From a virus, in the IMG/VR virus record IMGVR_UViG_3300025141_014429, positions 1 to 64,000 of that record: a stretch of DNA of 64,000 nucleotides, one strand, 5' to 3'. The stretch's first letter is position 1, and each line of letters opens with the position of its first letter. Shown here piece after piece: positions 55,975 to 64,000 of the stretch. Under the pieces are notes generated by a model. The model worked only from the letters and a program-made list of their open reading frames with translations. It made no database searches and was not told where the DNA came from. A program made the translations under genes and the position numbers.

Positions 55975-57008
55975 AATTTTTAGATACAACTTCTGAATAT
56001 ATTTTTTTTAAAAAAGAGATAGACAGTATTGTCAATAAAACTGCAATGAGTGGGAAATACTTATTAGGAGACAATACAAAAAGTTTGGAAAGCAAATTTA
56101 ATCTAATAGTAGGGAATGAATATAGTAACGTAGCAGTTAAAAACTGTACAGATGCAATTACTATGATTGTAAAGAAAATATGGCGTCCTAATATGCCAAT
56201 TATTTTGCCAAATTTTGGAGCTTACCCTACAAGCGTAGCAGTTCATGCAATAACTAAAAATGTTCATTATGTTGATGTTGATAAAACTTTTACTATTGAT
56301 GCTGATAAGCTTCCAGACATTAAAAACGGAATTATAATACCTGTTCACTTATTTGGGAATAACTGTGACATGAAAAAAATTATGGATTACGCAAAGTCTA
56401 ATAATCACATTGTCATAGAAGACTGTGCTCAATCAACTGGATCTGGTACTGGAAATTTTGGGCACTACAGCGTTTTTAGCTTTTATCCAACAAAACCCTT
56501 AGCGTCGATGGGTGATGGAGGAATGATATGTACAAGAATGGGTGACGAAGAATATTTTAGAAAATTTAGATTCTATGGGCAACTAGGAAGAAATATGGAG
56601 TTTGTTGGTATTAACTCTAGAATTGATGAATTCCAAGCAGGTATTGTTCTTTCAAAATTAAGTAAATTTCATGAACTTAATGAAAAAAGAAAAGAAATAG
56701 CTTGCAGATATTCTGAGTTTGTTGTAGGCATGAAACCTAGAGGAAACTGTGTATATCACCAGTTTCCATTGCTTTTTAAAAATAGAGAAAAAGTAATTAA
56801 TTTGATGAAAAATCTTAAAATTCCTTTTATAATTCACTATGAAAAACACGTAACAGACTTTAAATTTTTAAACGATCTAAATTATAAAGCAAATTTTAGA
56901 GTATCTGATAAAATATTATCAATACCAGTGCATCCTTTTATGAGGGAGGATGAAATCAAAATAGTATGTGAATTCTTAAAAGAAGTAGGTAAATATGAAA
57001 TTAAGTAG
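55971..57008 (+). CDS. DegT/DnrJ/EryC1/StrS PLP sugar aminotransferase (FdtB-like)
   Basis: PVHLFG, IEDCAQS, FSFYPTKPL..MGDGG, NSRIDEFQA. Confidence 0.9.
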   Translation: MKFLDTTSEYIFFKKEIDSIVNKTAMSGKYLLGDNTKSLESKFNLIVGNEYSNVAVKNCTDAITMIVKKIWRPNMPIILPNFGAYPTSVAVHAITKNVHYVDVDKTFTIDADKLPDIKNGIIIPVHLFGNNCDMKKIMDYAKSNNHIVIEDCAQSTGSGTGNFGHYSVFSFYPTKPLASMGDGGMICTRMGDEEYFRKFRFYGQLGRNMEFVGINSRIDEFQAGIVLSKLSKFHELNEKRKEIACRYSEFVVGMKPRGNCVYHQFPLLFKNREKVINLMKNLKIPFIIHYEKHVTDFKFLNDLNYKANFRVSDKILSIPVHPFMREDEIKIVCEFLKEVGKYEIK

Positions 57009-57381
57009 TAAACTAGTGTCTGGAGAAAGAGGTGATCTTAATGAATTTAGTTTTGATAAAATAGATATTAAAAGAATATTTGTTGTTTCTAATGTTCCTG
57101 ACGGATCGATAAGAGGATATCATGCCCATAAAAATACAAGACAGTATCTTTGTTGTATAGCAGGCAAGTTAGAAATTGTTTTAGACAATGGAAATGAAAG
57201 AACTAAATATTTTTTAGAAAAGTCTGACTACATATATCAAGATTCTCTAATTTGGTCAGAAATAAAGTTTATTGATAAAGAATCAAAACTGCTTGTTGCC
57301 AGCGCTACCCGTCATAACGAAAGCGACTATATAAGAGACTATAAAGAATTTACTCTTCTAACGAAAGGACAAAACAAGTGA
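56995..57381 (+). CDS. fdtA: dTDP-6-deoxy-3,4-keto-hexulose isomerase (FdtA/QdtA cupin)
   Basis: RGDL, IKRIF, RGYHAHK, LLVAS, YIRDY. Confidence 0.85.
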   Translation: MKLSSKLVSGERGDLNEFSFDKIDIKRIFVVSNVPDGSIRGYHAHKNTRQYLCCIAGKLEIVLDNGNERTKYFLEKSDYIYQDSLIWSEIKFIDKESKLLVASATRHNESDYIRDYKEFTLLTKGQNK

Positions 57382-58160
57382 ACAAAGATAAGGTACTTAT
57401 TATAGGAAATAAGCCATATAAAAATCTAAGCATAGGAAAGTTAATTGATAATTTTCAAAACAATGTAAGATGTAATTTTTCTATACCTTTGCCAGAATTT
57501 AATAATGGGGCAATTTACGACGAGTTAGCCTTGTGCAATCATCAATGGAGTAATCTAGTACAAAAAAATCTTTCCTTAGACGACATTATTAAAATTTATC
57601 GAGATGCATATAGTGTCGAATATATGCAGAAGTACTATAGTTTATATAAAAAAAGTCTGAAAAATTATAAAAGGGTATGGTATGCGAAAGAAGATACTAG
57701 AAATTTTAACATAGGGTTGTCAATAATTGGTTGCCCGTATACACTTAATGCAATACCTAGAACGGGATATACAGCAATGTTGCAAAAAATTCTAGAAGGC
57801 AAAGATGTATTCGTAACTAATTTTAGTATCCAAAAAGAAGTTCGTTATACGTCATATGTATGCAAAGAATATGCTTTAAAAATATATGAAAGCGAAAAAA
57901 ATAAAAAGCAAGGAAAAAAAGAGTCTGTTCCAACTTGTCATGATTCTGAAACAGATGTGAAAATTTTGAGATGGCTTCATGACAATAAAATAATTGATGC
58001 ATCTTTATGTTTTTTACAAGATGTTGATGATAAAAATTTTCTCTTAGATTTTGAGTCAGAAAAATTAATAGTATCAGACTTCATTAGAGAATTAATCTAC
58101 AAATTCAAAAGAAATAAAGAAAAAATATTAAAAATGAAAACTTTTAATCAGAAAGAATAA
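57378..58160 (+). CDS. GT29 (sialyltransferase)-like protein
   Basis: VLIIGN.P...IG..IDNF..NVRCN resembles sialylmotif L; PRTG. Confidence 0.6.
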   Translation: MNKDKVLIIGNKPYKNLSIGKLIDNFQNNVRCNFSIPLPEFNNGAIYDELALCNHQWSNLVQKNLSLDDIIKIYRDAYSVEYMQKYYSLYKKSLKNYKRVWYAKEDTRNFNIGLSIIGCPYTLNAIPRTGYTAMLQKILEGKDVFVTNFSIQKEVRYTSYVCKEYALKIYESEKNKKQGKKESVPTCHDSETDVKILRWLHDNKIIDASLCFLQDVDDKNFLLDFESEKLIVSDFIRELIYKFKRNKEKILKMKTFNQKE

Positions 58161-58169
58161 GCTTATTCT

Positions 58170-58198
58170 TTGTAAATTAAAAATAATATATGTATAAT
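58170..58198 (+). promoter_or_regulatory. internal sigma70-type promoter TTGTAA-N17-TATAAT
   Basis: 17-bp spacer; same form as the promoter at 23884. Confidence 0.6.
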
Positions 58199-58256
58199 AA
58201 CAACAAATATTAAATATTGGATTGCAAAAGTGACTATAAAAAGAAAAATATTAAAA

Positions 58257-58691
58257 ATGAAAACTGGCAAATTATTTACAAATATCACAAAAGAAGTTGT
58301 TGAATTTTGCAATATTCAAGAAGTAAAAGAAGGAATAATTTGTATATTCTCAAAACATACAACATGTTGTGTTAAAATATTAGAAGATGAATTATTTCAC
58401 AAAGCTGATGTTAGGTTTTTTCTTGATAAAATAGCACCAAAGTGGAAAGAACCAGAAGGTGATCACAAAAATATAAAATATCTTCACGATCTTATATCAT
58501 TAAGAGAAGATTGTCCTTTAGATGAGCCAATAAATGGTCATAGTCACATAAGAAGTTTATTTTTTAATTCTTCTGAAACAATACCTGTAATTGATGGATC
58601 ACCCATACTAGGGAAATGGCAAAGTATTTTCGTAGTTGAGCTAGATCCGACTAGAGACAGGGAAATATCTTTAACATTTTTAGAAGGGTAA
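58257..58691 (+). CDS. yjbQ: YjbQ/UPF0047 family protein
   Basis: HTTC.VKI.E, NGHSHIRS, LGKWQSIF.VELD..R.R. Confidence 0.85.
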   Translation: MKTGKLFTNITKEVVEFCNIQEVKEGIICIFSKHTTCCVKILEDELFHKADVRFFLDKIAPKWKEPEGDHKNIKYLHDLISLREDCPLDEPINGHSHIRSLFFNSSETIPVIDGSPILGKWQSIFVVELDPTRDREISLTFLEG

Positions 58692-59411
58692 ATGATGAAA
58701 AATCAGAAATATAATTTTTTATATAGATCATCTTCAACAGATAGCGTAAAAGCAGAGCTTGGTACAATTGAAAAAGACGCATCTGGATTTAATGGATTGT
58801 TTAACCCAGAGAGATTCAGGGGCGAAGAGATAATAAGAAAACTTCTTTCTAAAGATTTTTCAACAGTTTTGGATATTGGTGCAGGAAAGAAAGAGCAGAC
58901 AAACTTTCTATCGAAACATGGAAAAAAAGTTTACACAAACGGTATCACAAAGGGCTCAAATGCTTTAGACTTCTATGACTATGATGGAGATTTTAACTCT
59001 ATTAGTTTTAATAAAAAGTTTGATGCATCTTTATGTAGTCACGTCTTAGAACATCAGCTTAATACTCATGAGTTTTTAGAAAATGTTGTAAGCGTAACAA
59101 AAGAGAATGGATACATTGTAATAATAGTGCCTCCAAGAAAACCGTTTATTATAGGAGGACATGTCAGTATATGGAATGCAGGCCTTGTTTTATATCATCT
59201 TGTTCTTGCTGGAGTTGACTGCTCTGTCGAGTGCAATATAAAACAATATGACTATAATATTGGAATAATTGTTAAAAATGTTCCCATTAAAGAGGACATA
59301 AAGAGTAGTATAACTTTTGACGGCGGTGATATTGATAACTTTTTATCAAAATATTTCCCCGTCAATGCTCATGATGGATTTAACGGAGACATAATGGAGT
59401 TTAACTGGTGA
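58692..59411 (+). CDS. class I SAM-dependent methyltransferase
   Basis: VLDIGAG, CSHVLEHQ, GGHVS.W. Confidence 0.85.
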   Translation: MMKNQKYNFLYRSSSTDSVKAELGTIEKDASGFNGLFNPERFRGEEIIRKLLSKDFSTVLDIGAGKKEQTNFLSKHGKKVYTNGITKGSNALDFYDYDGDFNSISFNKKFDASLCSHVLEHQLNTHEFLENVVSVTKENGYIVIIVPPRKPFIIGGHVSIWNAGLVLYHLVLAGVDCSVECNIKQYDYNIGIIVKNVPIKEDIKSSITFDGGDIDNFLSKYFPVNAHDGFNGDIMEFNW

Positions 59412-60097
59412 AAATATTTACATATATTAAAAATAATTCATCTCGAATATCGAGAAAGAACTTTAAGATACTAGGGGGTATACCCTTGTGGAAGCATTTA
59501 ATATACAATGTTAATTCATTTTCTGAAGTTTTTATAGACACTGATAGTCAGGAAGTTATAGATGAGTGCAATAGAGACGAAATGCTGATGGGTGTTACTG
59601 CTTACTCTAGGTCTCAAAAGTTTATAGACATGGAGAACGATCTAAAAAATAAATTAAGCCCTGCGCTTCTAATGACTAAAAATTTTTTATCTAAATTTGT
59701 AGATGATGAAAATGAAGTAATTGTTTTAACACATGTAACTTCTCCATTTTTAAAAATTGAAACAATTTTAGATGCAATTACTTTCCTGGGTAAAGGATAC
59801 GATGCAGTTCATTCAGTCACTTCAAAACAAGATTTTGCATGGTTGAATTCTTTTGATTACCCGATCAATTTCAACCCTAGCGTTGTACAAAGAACACAAG
59901 ATTTAGAAAAGATTTATTTCTCAAATGGTGCTTTTTTTATATTCACAAAAAAAACTTTTCTAGAAAACAATAATAGATTTGGTAAAAAAAATTACTTGTA
60001 TGAAATCAATGATGTTGAAGGGATAGAAATTGATACTTTGAATGACTTAGATTTTGCGAAAATAGTTTATAAAGGAGTTAAAAATGGAAATAATTGA
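59408..60097 (+). CDS. neuA: CMP-ulosonic acid synthetase (acylneuraminate cytidylyltransferase family)
   Basis: SSRISRKN..ILGGIPL, IDTDS, TSPFL, QRTQDL, NGAFFI, EIDT..DL. Confidence 0.85.
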   Translation: MKIFTYIKNNSSRISRKNFKILGGIPLWKHLIYNVNSFSEVFIDTDSQEVIDECNRDEMLMGVTAYSRSQKFIDMENDLKNKLSPALLMTKNFLSKFVDDENEVIVLTHVTSPFLKIETILDAITFLGKGYDAVHSVTSKQDFAWLNSFDYPINFNPSVVQRTQDLEKIYFSNGAFFIFTKKTFLENNNRFGKKNYLYEINDVEGIEIDTLNDLDFAKIVYKGVKNGNN

Positions 60098-61019
60098 TGT
60101 TACACTTAGGGACGGTGGTCACGCTGTTAATTTTGATTGGCCTGTTCATGTTGCTAGAGAATATTATAAATTAATTTCTAATATTGACAGTGTAACTTAT
60201 GTTGAAATGGGTTACTGGAAGCAGACTTCAAAGACTAGTAATAGATTCTACAATCTAGATATAGCGAAATTAGTAGAAGTCATTGGTGATAAACCAAAAA
60301 AGAAAGTTGCTGTAATGATAGACTATCACTATTGCAAAAAAGACTTAAACGAATATCCAGACTGTAAACAAAATGTTGTTGGAATGATTAGAGTCTGTAG
60401 TAGAAAAAATGATATCGATAAAGCACTCCCATTTATCCAGAAATTAAAAAATAAGACAGGCTTGAAAGTAAGTCTTAATGTTTTCAACATTTCAAATTAC
60501 AGTAAAAAAGAAATAGATGATGTTGCAGAAAAAGTAAAAAATTATAATTTAGATTATGTTTACTTTGCTGATACGCACGGCTCACTTGATTTTGAAGTAG
60601 ATAGTCAAAGATTTAAAGATGCAGTTAGTGTCTTAAGAGAAAGTAATATAAAGGTTGGTATGCACTTACATGACCATAGAGGTAAAGCTTATAGTAACTT
60701 TAAGCACCTTAAAAGTATTGGTTTTACTGGTTTCGATGCATCTACGAGAGGCATGGGAAAAGGTGTTGGTAATTTAAGATTAGAAAATGTTATTGAAGAC
60801 AAAGAATTAATTGATCTAATGAGCTTTGTTGCTAGAAATGAAAAAAAATTCACTATGAGAGCAAGTCCATACGGAGTAATTACAGCCAAATATGGAATTA
60901 CTGATTATTACGCGTATTATGCAGAAAAAAATAAAATTACTATCGAATTATTTGATAGAATATGTAAAAACATAGAAGACATAGATAAAGATGTCTTCAA
61001 TATAGAAAAGATAAAATAA
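60084..61019 (+). CDS. DRE-TIM/HMGL-like pyruvate aldolase
   Basis: IDVTLRDGG, YFADTHG, GMHLHD, DAS..GMGKGVGNL. Confidence 0.85.
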   Translation: MEIIDVTLRDGGHAVNFDWPVHVAREYYKLISNIDSVTYVEMGYWKQTSKTSNRFYNLDIAKLVEVIGDKPKKKVAVMIDYHYCKKDLNEYPDCKQNVVGMIRVCSRKNDIDKALPFIQKLKNKTGLKVSLNVFNISNYSKKEIDDVAEKVKNYNLDYVYFADTHGSLDFEVDSQRFKDAVSVLRESNIKVGMHLHDHRGKAYSNFKHLKSIGFTGFDASTRGMGKGVGNLRLENVIEDKELIDLMSFVARNEKKFTMRASPYGVITAKYGITDYYAYYAEKNKITIELFDRICKNIEDIDKDVFNIEKIK

Positions 61020-61020
61020 A

Positions 61021-61710
61021 ATGAAAGTAATAATAACAGGCACAAGTTCAGGTTTAGGAAAGGCTCTCGCAAATCAATTTGTAGAATTAGGTCATGAAAC
61101 GATAGGTATCAGTAGATCTAATTCTAAAGAAACAAAATATGTTTGTGACTTAAGTGAAGATAGAAATATTAAAAACACTCTTAGTAAAATAACTACTGAG
61201 TATGCTAACAAGTCTATAGAGTATTTATTTTTAAATGCAGGTGTTTTAGGAGATATTAAAAAAGCTTCAAAAGTAGAAAACAAGGAGCTCCAAGAAGCTT
61301 TGCAAGTTAATTTATTTGCAAACAAACTAATAATTGATACTTTTTTAAATTCTAAAGTTAAAGTTAAAAACATTATAATGATATCGTCAGGAGCTTCTAT
61401 TAAAGCATACGATGGTTGGCTTTCTTATTGTTTGTCAAAAGCAGCATTAAATCAACTTGCCAGATGCTACGCTATAGAAAATACAGATATAAATTTTCTA
61501 AGTTTAGCTCCAGGAATAATTCAAACAAAAATGCAAGATAAAATTATTGAATATTCTACAGAAAAATTTTCTTCAATTAAGAAATTTAAAGATTTGTACG
61601 GAAAAAATCCATCACCAGAAGAAATTGCAAATAAAGTAATTAGAAGCTTAGGAACGCTTAATAAACAAAAAAGTGGAAGCTTTTTTGACTTAAGGAGTAT
61701 AGATGATTAG
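61021..61710 (+). CDS. short-chain dehydrogenase/reductase
   Basis: ITGTSSGLG, LNAG, ISSGA, YCLSK, APG. Confidence 0.88.
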   Translation: MKVIITGTSSGLGKALANQFVELGHETIGISRSNSKETKYVCDLSEDRNIKNTLSKITTEYANKSIEYLFLNAGVLGDIKKASKVENKELQEALQVNLFANKLIIDTFLNSKVKVKNIIMISSGASIKAYDGWLSYCLSKAALNQLARCYAIENTDINFLSLAPGIIQTKMQDKIIEYSTEKFSSIKKFKDLYGKNPSPEEIANKVIRSLGTLNKQKSGSFFDLRSIDD

Positions 61711-62128
61711 TAAGATATACAATGAAAATGACAACAGACCTTCACTACTTAAGGATGAATTTAAGCAAATAGGTGTTGATTTCGACGGTGTTATTCATGC
61801 ATGTTCAAAAGGTTATCATGATGGAACAATTTATGACGATCCTATACCCGGCTCATTGGAAGCTGTAAAAAGATTAGCCAGTAAATATAAAGTAATAGTA
61901 TATACTGCCAAAGCTCGTCATGACAGGCCATTAGTTAACGGAAAAACTGGTGTTGAATTGGTTTGGGAGTGGCTCAAAGAAAAAGGGTTTAGTAAGTATA
62001 TTTCCGAAGTGACAGCTGAGAAGCCAAGAGTAGTTTTTTATATTGACGACAGGGCGATTAGGTTTACAGATTGGAAACAAACAATAAGAGAATTAAATTC
62101 ATTTGGGATAGATATAGATGGAACATAG
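61703..62128 (+). CDS. HAD-superfamily phosphatase-like protein
   Basis: VDFDGVI, YTA, KP, YIDDRA. Confidence 0.75.
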   Translation: MISKIYNENDNRPSLLKDEFKQIGVDFDGVIHACSKGYHDGTIYDDPIPGSLEAVKRLASKYKVIVYTAKARHDRPLVNGKTGVELVWEWLKEKGFSKYISEVTAEKPRVVFYIDDRAIRFTDWKQTIRELNSFGIDIDGT

Positions 62129-62183
62129 AGTCTTCCGATATGCATGTAAGTTTACTGATAAATAGAACTAGAAGGAAAAATTT

Positions 62184-63104
62184 ATGAATATTCTGATAAC
62201 AGGAGGTACCGGTTTAGTGGGCTCATCCTTTAAAAATATTATAACAGATAATAAACTTGCTTACATAGGGTCAGAATACGACTTAACAAAAAAAAGAGAG
62301 TCTGATCGTATGTTATACGATTTTTCTCCTGATGCTGTAATACATCTCGCTGCTAAAGTTGGAGGTGTAAAAGGTAATATGACAATGATGTATGATTTTT
62401 ACACAGACAACATTAAAATCAATACAAACGTTATTGATTCTTGTAAAGAGTTTGGAATAAAAAAAGTTGTGTCTCTTTTATCCACATGTGTTTATCCGGA
62501 TAATGTTAAATATCCGTTAACTGAAGATCAAATTCATAATGGTGAACCTCATGTTAGTAATTATGGATATGCATATGCAAAAAGAATGTTAGACGTACAC
62601 AGCAGAGCAGTAAGAAGCCAACATAACTTAAATTATATAACAGCAATACCTAACAACATATACGGCCCCAATGATAATTTTGATTTAGAAAACGGACATG
62701 TAATACCTGCGATAATTAGAAAAATATATGAAGCAAAAAAGACAAATAAGATTCCGGTGTTCTGGGGTTCCGGTATGCCGCTTAGAGAGTTTACATGTTC
62801 AAAAGATATAGCAAGGGCTATTCTACGCTTACTAGAGAATTATAATGGAATCAATCCAGTTAATATTGGTAAAACAGGAGATGTTAGCATCAAAGAGGTC
62901 GTCGAAATAATATCTGAGTGTTTAAGCTATAGCGGTGAAATTCAATGGGATAAGACAAAACCAGAAGGTCAGTACAAGAAACCAAGCAGTAATAAAAAAT
63001 TTTTGAACATGTTTGAAGATTTTGAGTATACTTCTTTTAAACAAGGGATTAAAGAAACTTGTGAGTGGTTTGTAGAAAAATATCCAAAAGTAAGAGGAGT
63101 TTAA
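62184..63104 (+). CDS. fcl: GDP-L-fucose synthase
   Basis: [57 protein letters not shown]. Confidence 0.92.
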   Translation: MNILITGGTGLVGSSFKNIITDNKLAYIGSEYDLTKKRESDRMLYDFSPDAVIHLAAKVGGVKGNMTMMYDFYTDNIKINTNVIDSCKEFGIKKVVSLLSTCVYPDNVKYPLTEDQIHNGEPHVSNYGYAYAKRMLDVHSRAVRSQHNLNYITAIPNNIYGPNDNFDLENGHVIPAIIRKIYEAKKTNKIPVFWGSGMPLREFTCSKDIARAILRLLENYNGINPVNIGKTGDVSIKEVVEIISECLSYSGEIQWDKTKPEGQYKKPSSNKKFLNMFEDFEYTSFKQGIKETCEWFVEKYPKVRGV

Positions 63105-63105
63105 A

Positions 63106-64000
63106 TTGAAAACAGCACTAATCACAGGAGTAACTGGTCAAGATGGTTCGTATCTTGCTGAATTACTTTTGAGTAAAGGTTATCAAGTAATTGGAATTAA
63201 AAGAAGAAATTCTTTGATATCAACTGATAGAATTGATCATATAATGAATGATGAAAAATTGGTTTTAAATTTTACACTTGTTTATGGTAATATGAATGAT
63301 TCTGGTAATTTGCACAGAACTCTACTAAAGTACAAACCTGATGAAGTATACAATCTGGCAGCACAATCTCATGTTAGAGTTTCTTTTGATACTCCTGAAG
63401 AAACAACAGAGTTTGTGGCAATGGGAACATTAAGACTCTTGGAAGCAATGAGAAATGTCTGCCCAGAAGCAAGATACTACCAGGCATCTTCATCAGAAAT
63501 GTTTGGAGACAATCCGGATCATCCTCAGAATGAAGACACTAGATTAATGCCGGCTAGCCCTTATGCTTGTGCAAAAACATATGCACATAATATATGTAGG
63601 AATTATAGGCAGTCTTATGGTATGCATATTTCTTCTGGGATACTATTTAACCATGAAAGCCCACGAAGAGGTGAGACTTTTGTCACAAGAAAGATTACAA
63701 TTGCTGCAGCAAAAATAAAATTAGGCTTACAGAAGAAATTATATTTAGGAAATTTAGACGCAAAGAGGGATTGGGGGCATGCCAAAGATTATGTTGAAGC
63801 TATGTGGTTAATGTTGCAGCAAGATATACCCGATGATTATGTCATAGCGACTGGTGAAACTTGTGCTGTATCTGACTTTTTAAGAATTGTGTTTGACATT
63901 GCTGGGTTAGATGAACGTAAATATGTGGAAATAGATGAAAGGCTTTATAGGCCTCATGAGGTACCACTTCTACTCGGAGACGCTACAAAAGCTAGAAAAA
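63106..64000 (+). CDS. gmd: GDP-mannose 4,6-dehydratase (TTG start, truncated by window end; not in ORF track)
   Basis: [79 protein letters not shown]. Confidence 0.95.
   Translation, partial: MKTALITGVTGQDGSYLAELLLSKGYQVIGIKRRNSLISTDRIDHIMNDEKLVLNFTLVYGNMNDSGNLHRTLLKYKPDEVYNLAAQSHVRVSFDTPEETTEFVAMGTLRLLEAMRNVCPEARYYQASSSEMFGDNPDHPQNEDTRLMPASPYACAKTYAHNICRNYRQSYGMHISSGILFNHESPRRGETFVTRKITIAAAKIKLGLQKKLYLGNLDAKRDWGHAKDYVEAMWLMLQQDIPDDYVIATGETCAVSDFLRIVFDIAGLDERKYVEIDERLYRPHEVPLLLGDATKARK

Noticed and set aside
1-64000. Eukaryotic giant virus or recoded genetic code
   Set aside because: SD sites, sigma70 promoters, sigma factors and overlapping operons indicate a bacteriophage. TAA, TAG and TGA all end well-conserved genes at expected lengths.
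47031-64000. Bacterial chromosomal O-antigen locus joined to a phage contig
   Set aside because: Composition and gene packing look continuous with the upstream phage genes and tail fibre, and no wzx/wzy/wzz or housekeeping genes are seen. A chimera cannot be fully excluded without reads.

Overview
The window reads as part of a large (jumbo-type) tailed dsDNA bacteriophage genome using the standard code. Evidence: AGGAG Shine-Dalgarno sites, sigma70-type promoters, phage sigma factors, a tail fibre with an S74 chaperone, a tRNA, and no housekeeping context. It has four blocks. (1) 1-17.8 kb is an early or host-takeover-like region of about 45 mostly tiny ORFs. It is organised as about 26 cassettes, each headed by the same promoter/leader (CGTG[C/T]AA-17 bp-TATAAT-ATAAACAC..CCAACCAA..AGGAG). 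It also holds a core-only RadA, tRNA-Arg(TCT), several paralog families, and two inverted sigma-factor paralogs that lack the region 4.2 HTH and share a 94-bp, 88%-identical upstream element. GC-rich hairpin islands lie at 7.7-8.2 kb and 17.9 kb. (2) 18.2-35.9 kb holds late or virion-like genes. About 15 share an N-terminal M-K-(I/L)-(T/S/N)-xxx-L-R-x-(L/I)-I-x-E leader fused to unrelated cargo (J-domain, DUF192, M15 peptidase, peptidoglycan-binding protein). (3) 36-47 kb encodes YeaH-SpoVR-PrkA, a degenerate GroEL-like protein, an Hc1-like protein, a stand-alone sigma region-4 protein, PIN-PhoH and a tail fibre. (4) 47-64 kb is a glycan biosynthesis cluster of about 18 genes that runs off the window (GT2/GT4/GT29-like transferases, methyltransferases, RmlB/FdtA/FdtB, CMP-ulosonate enzymes, Fcl, Gmd). 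All family calls come from motif recognition by eye; no database searches were run.
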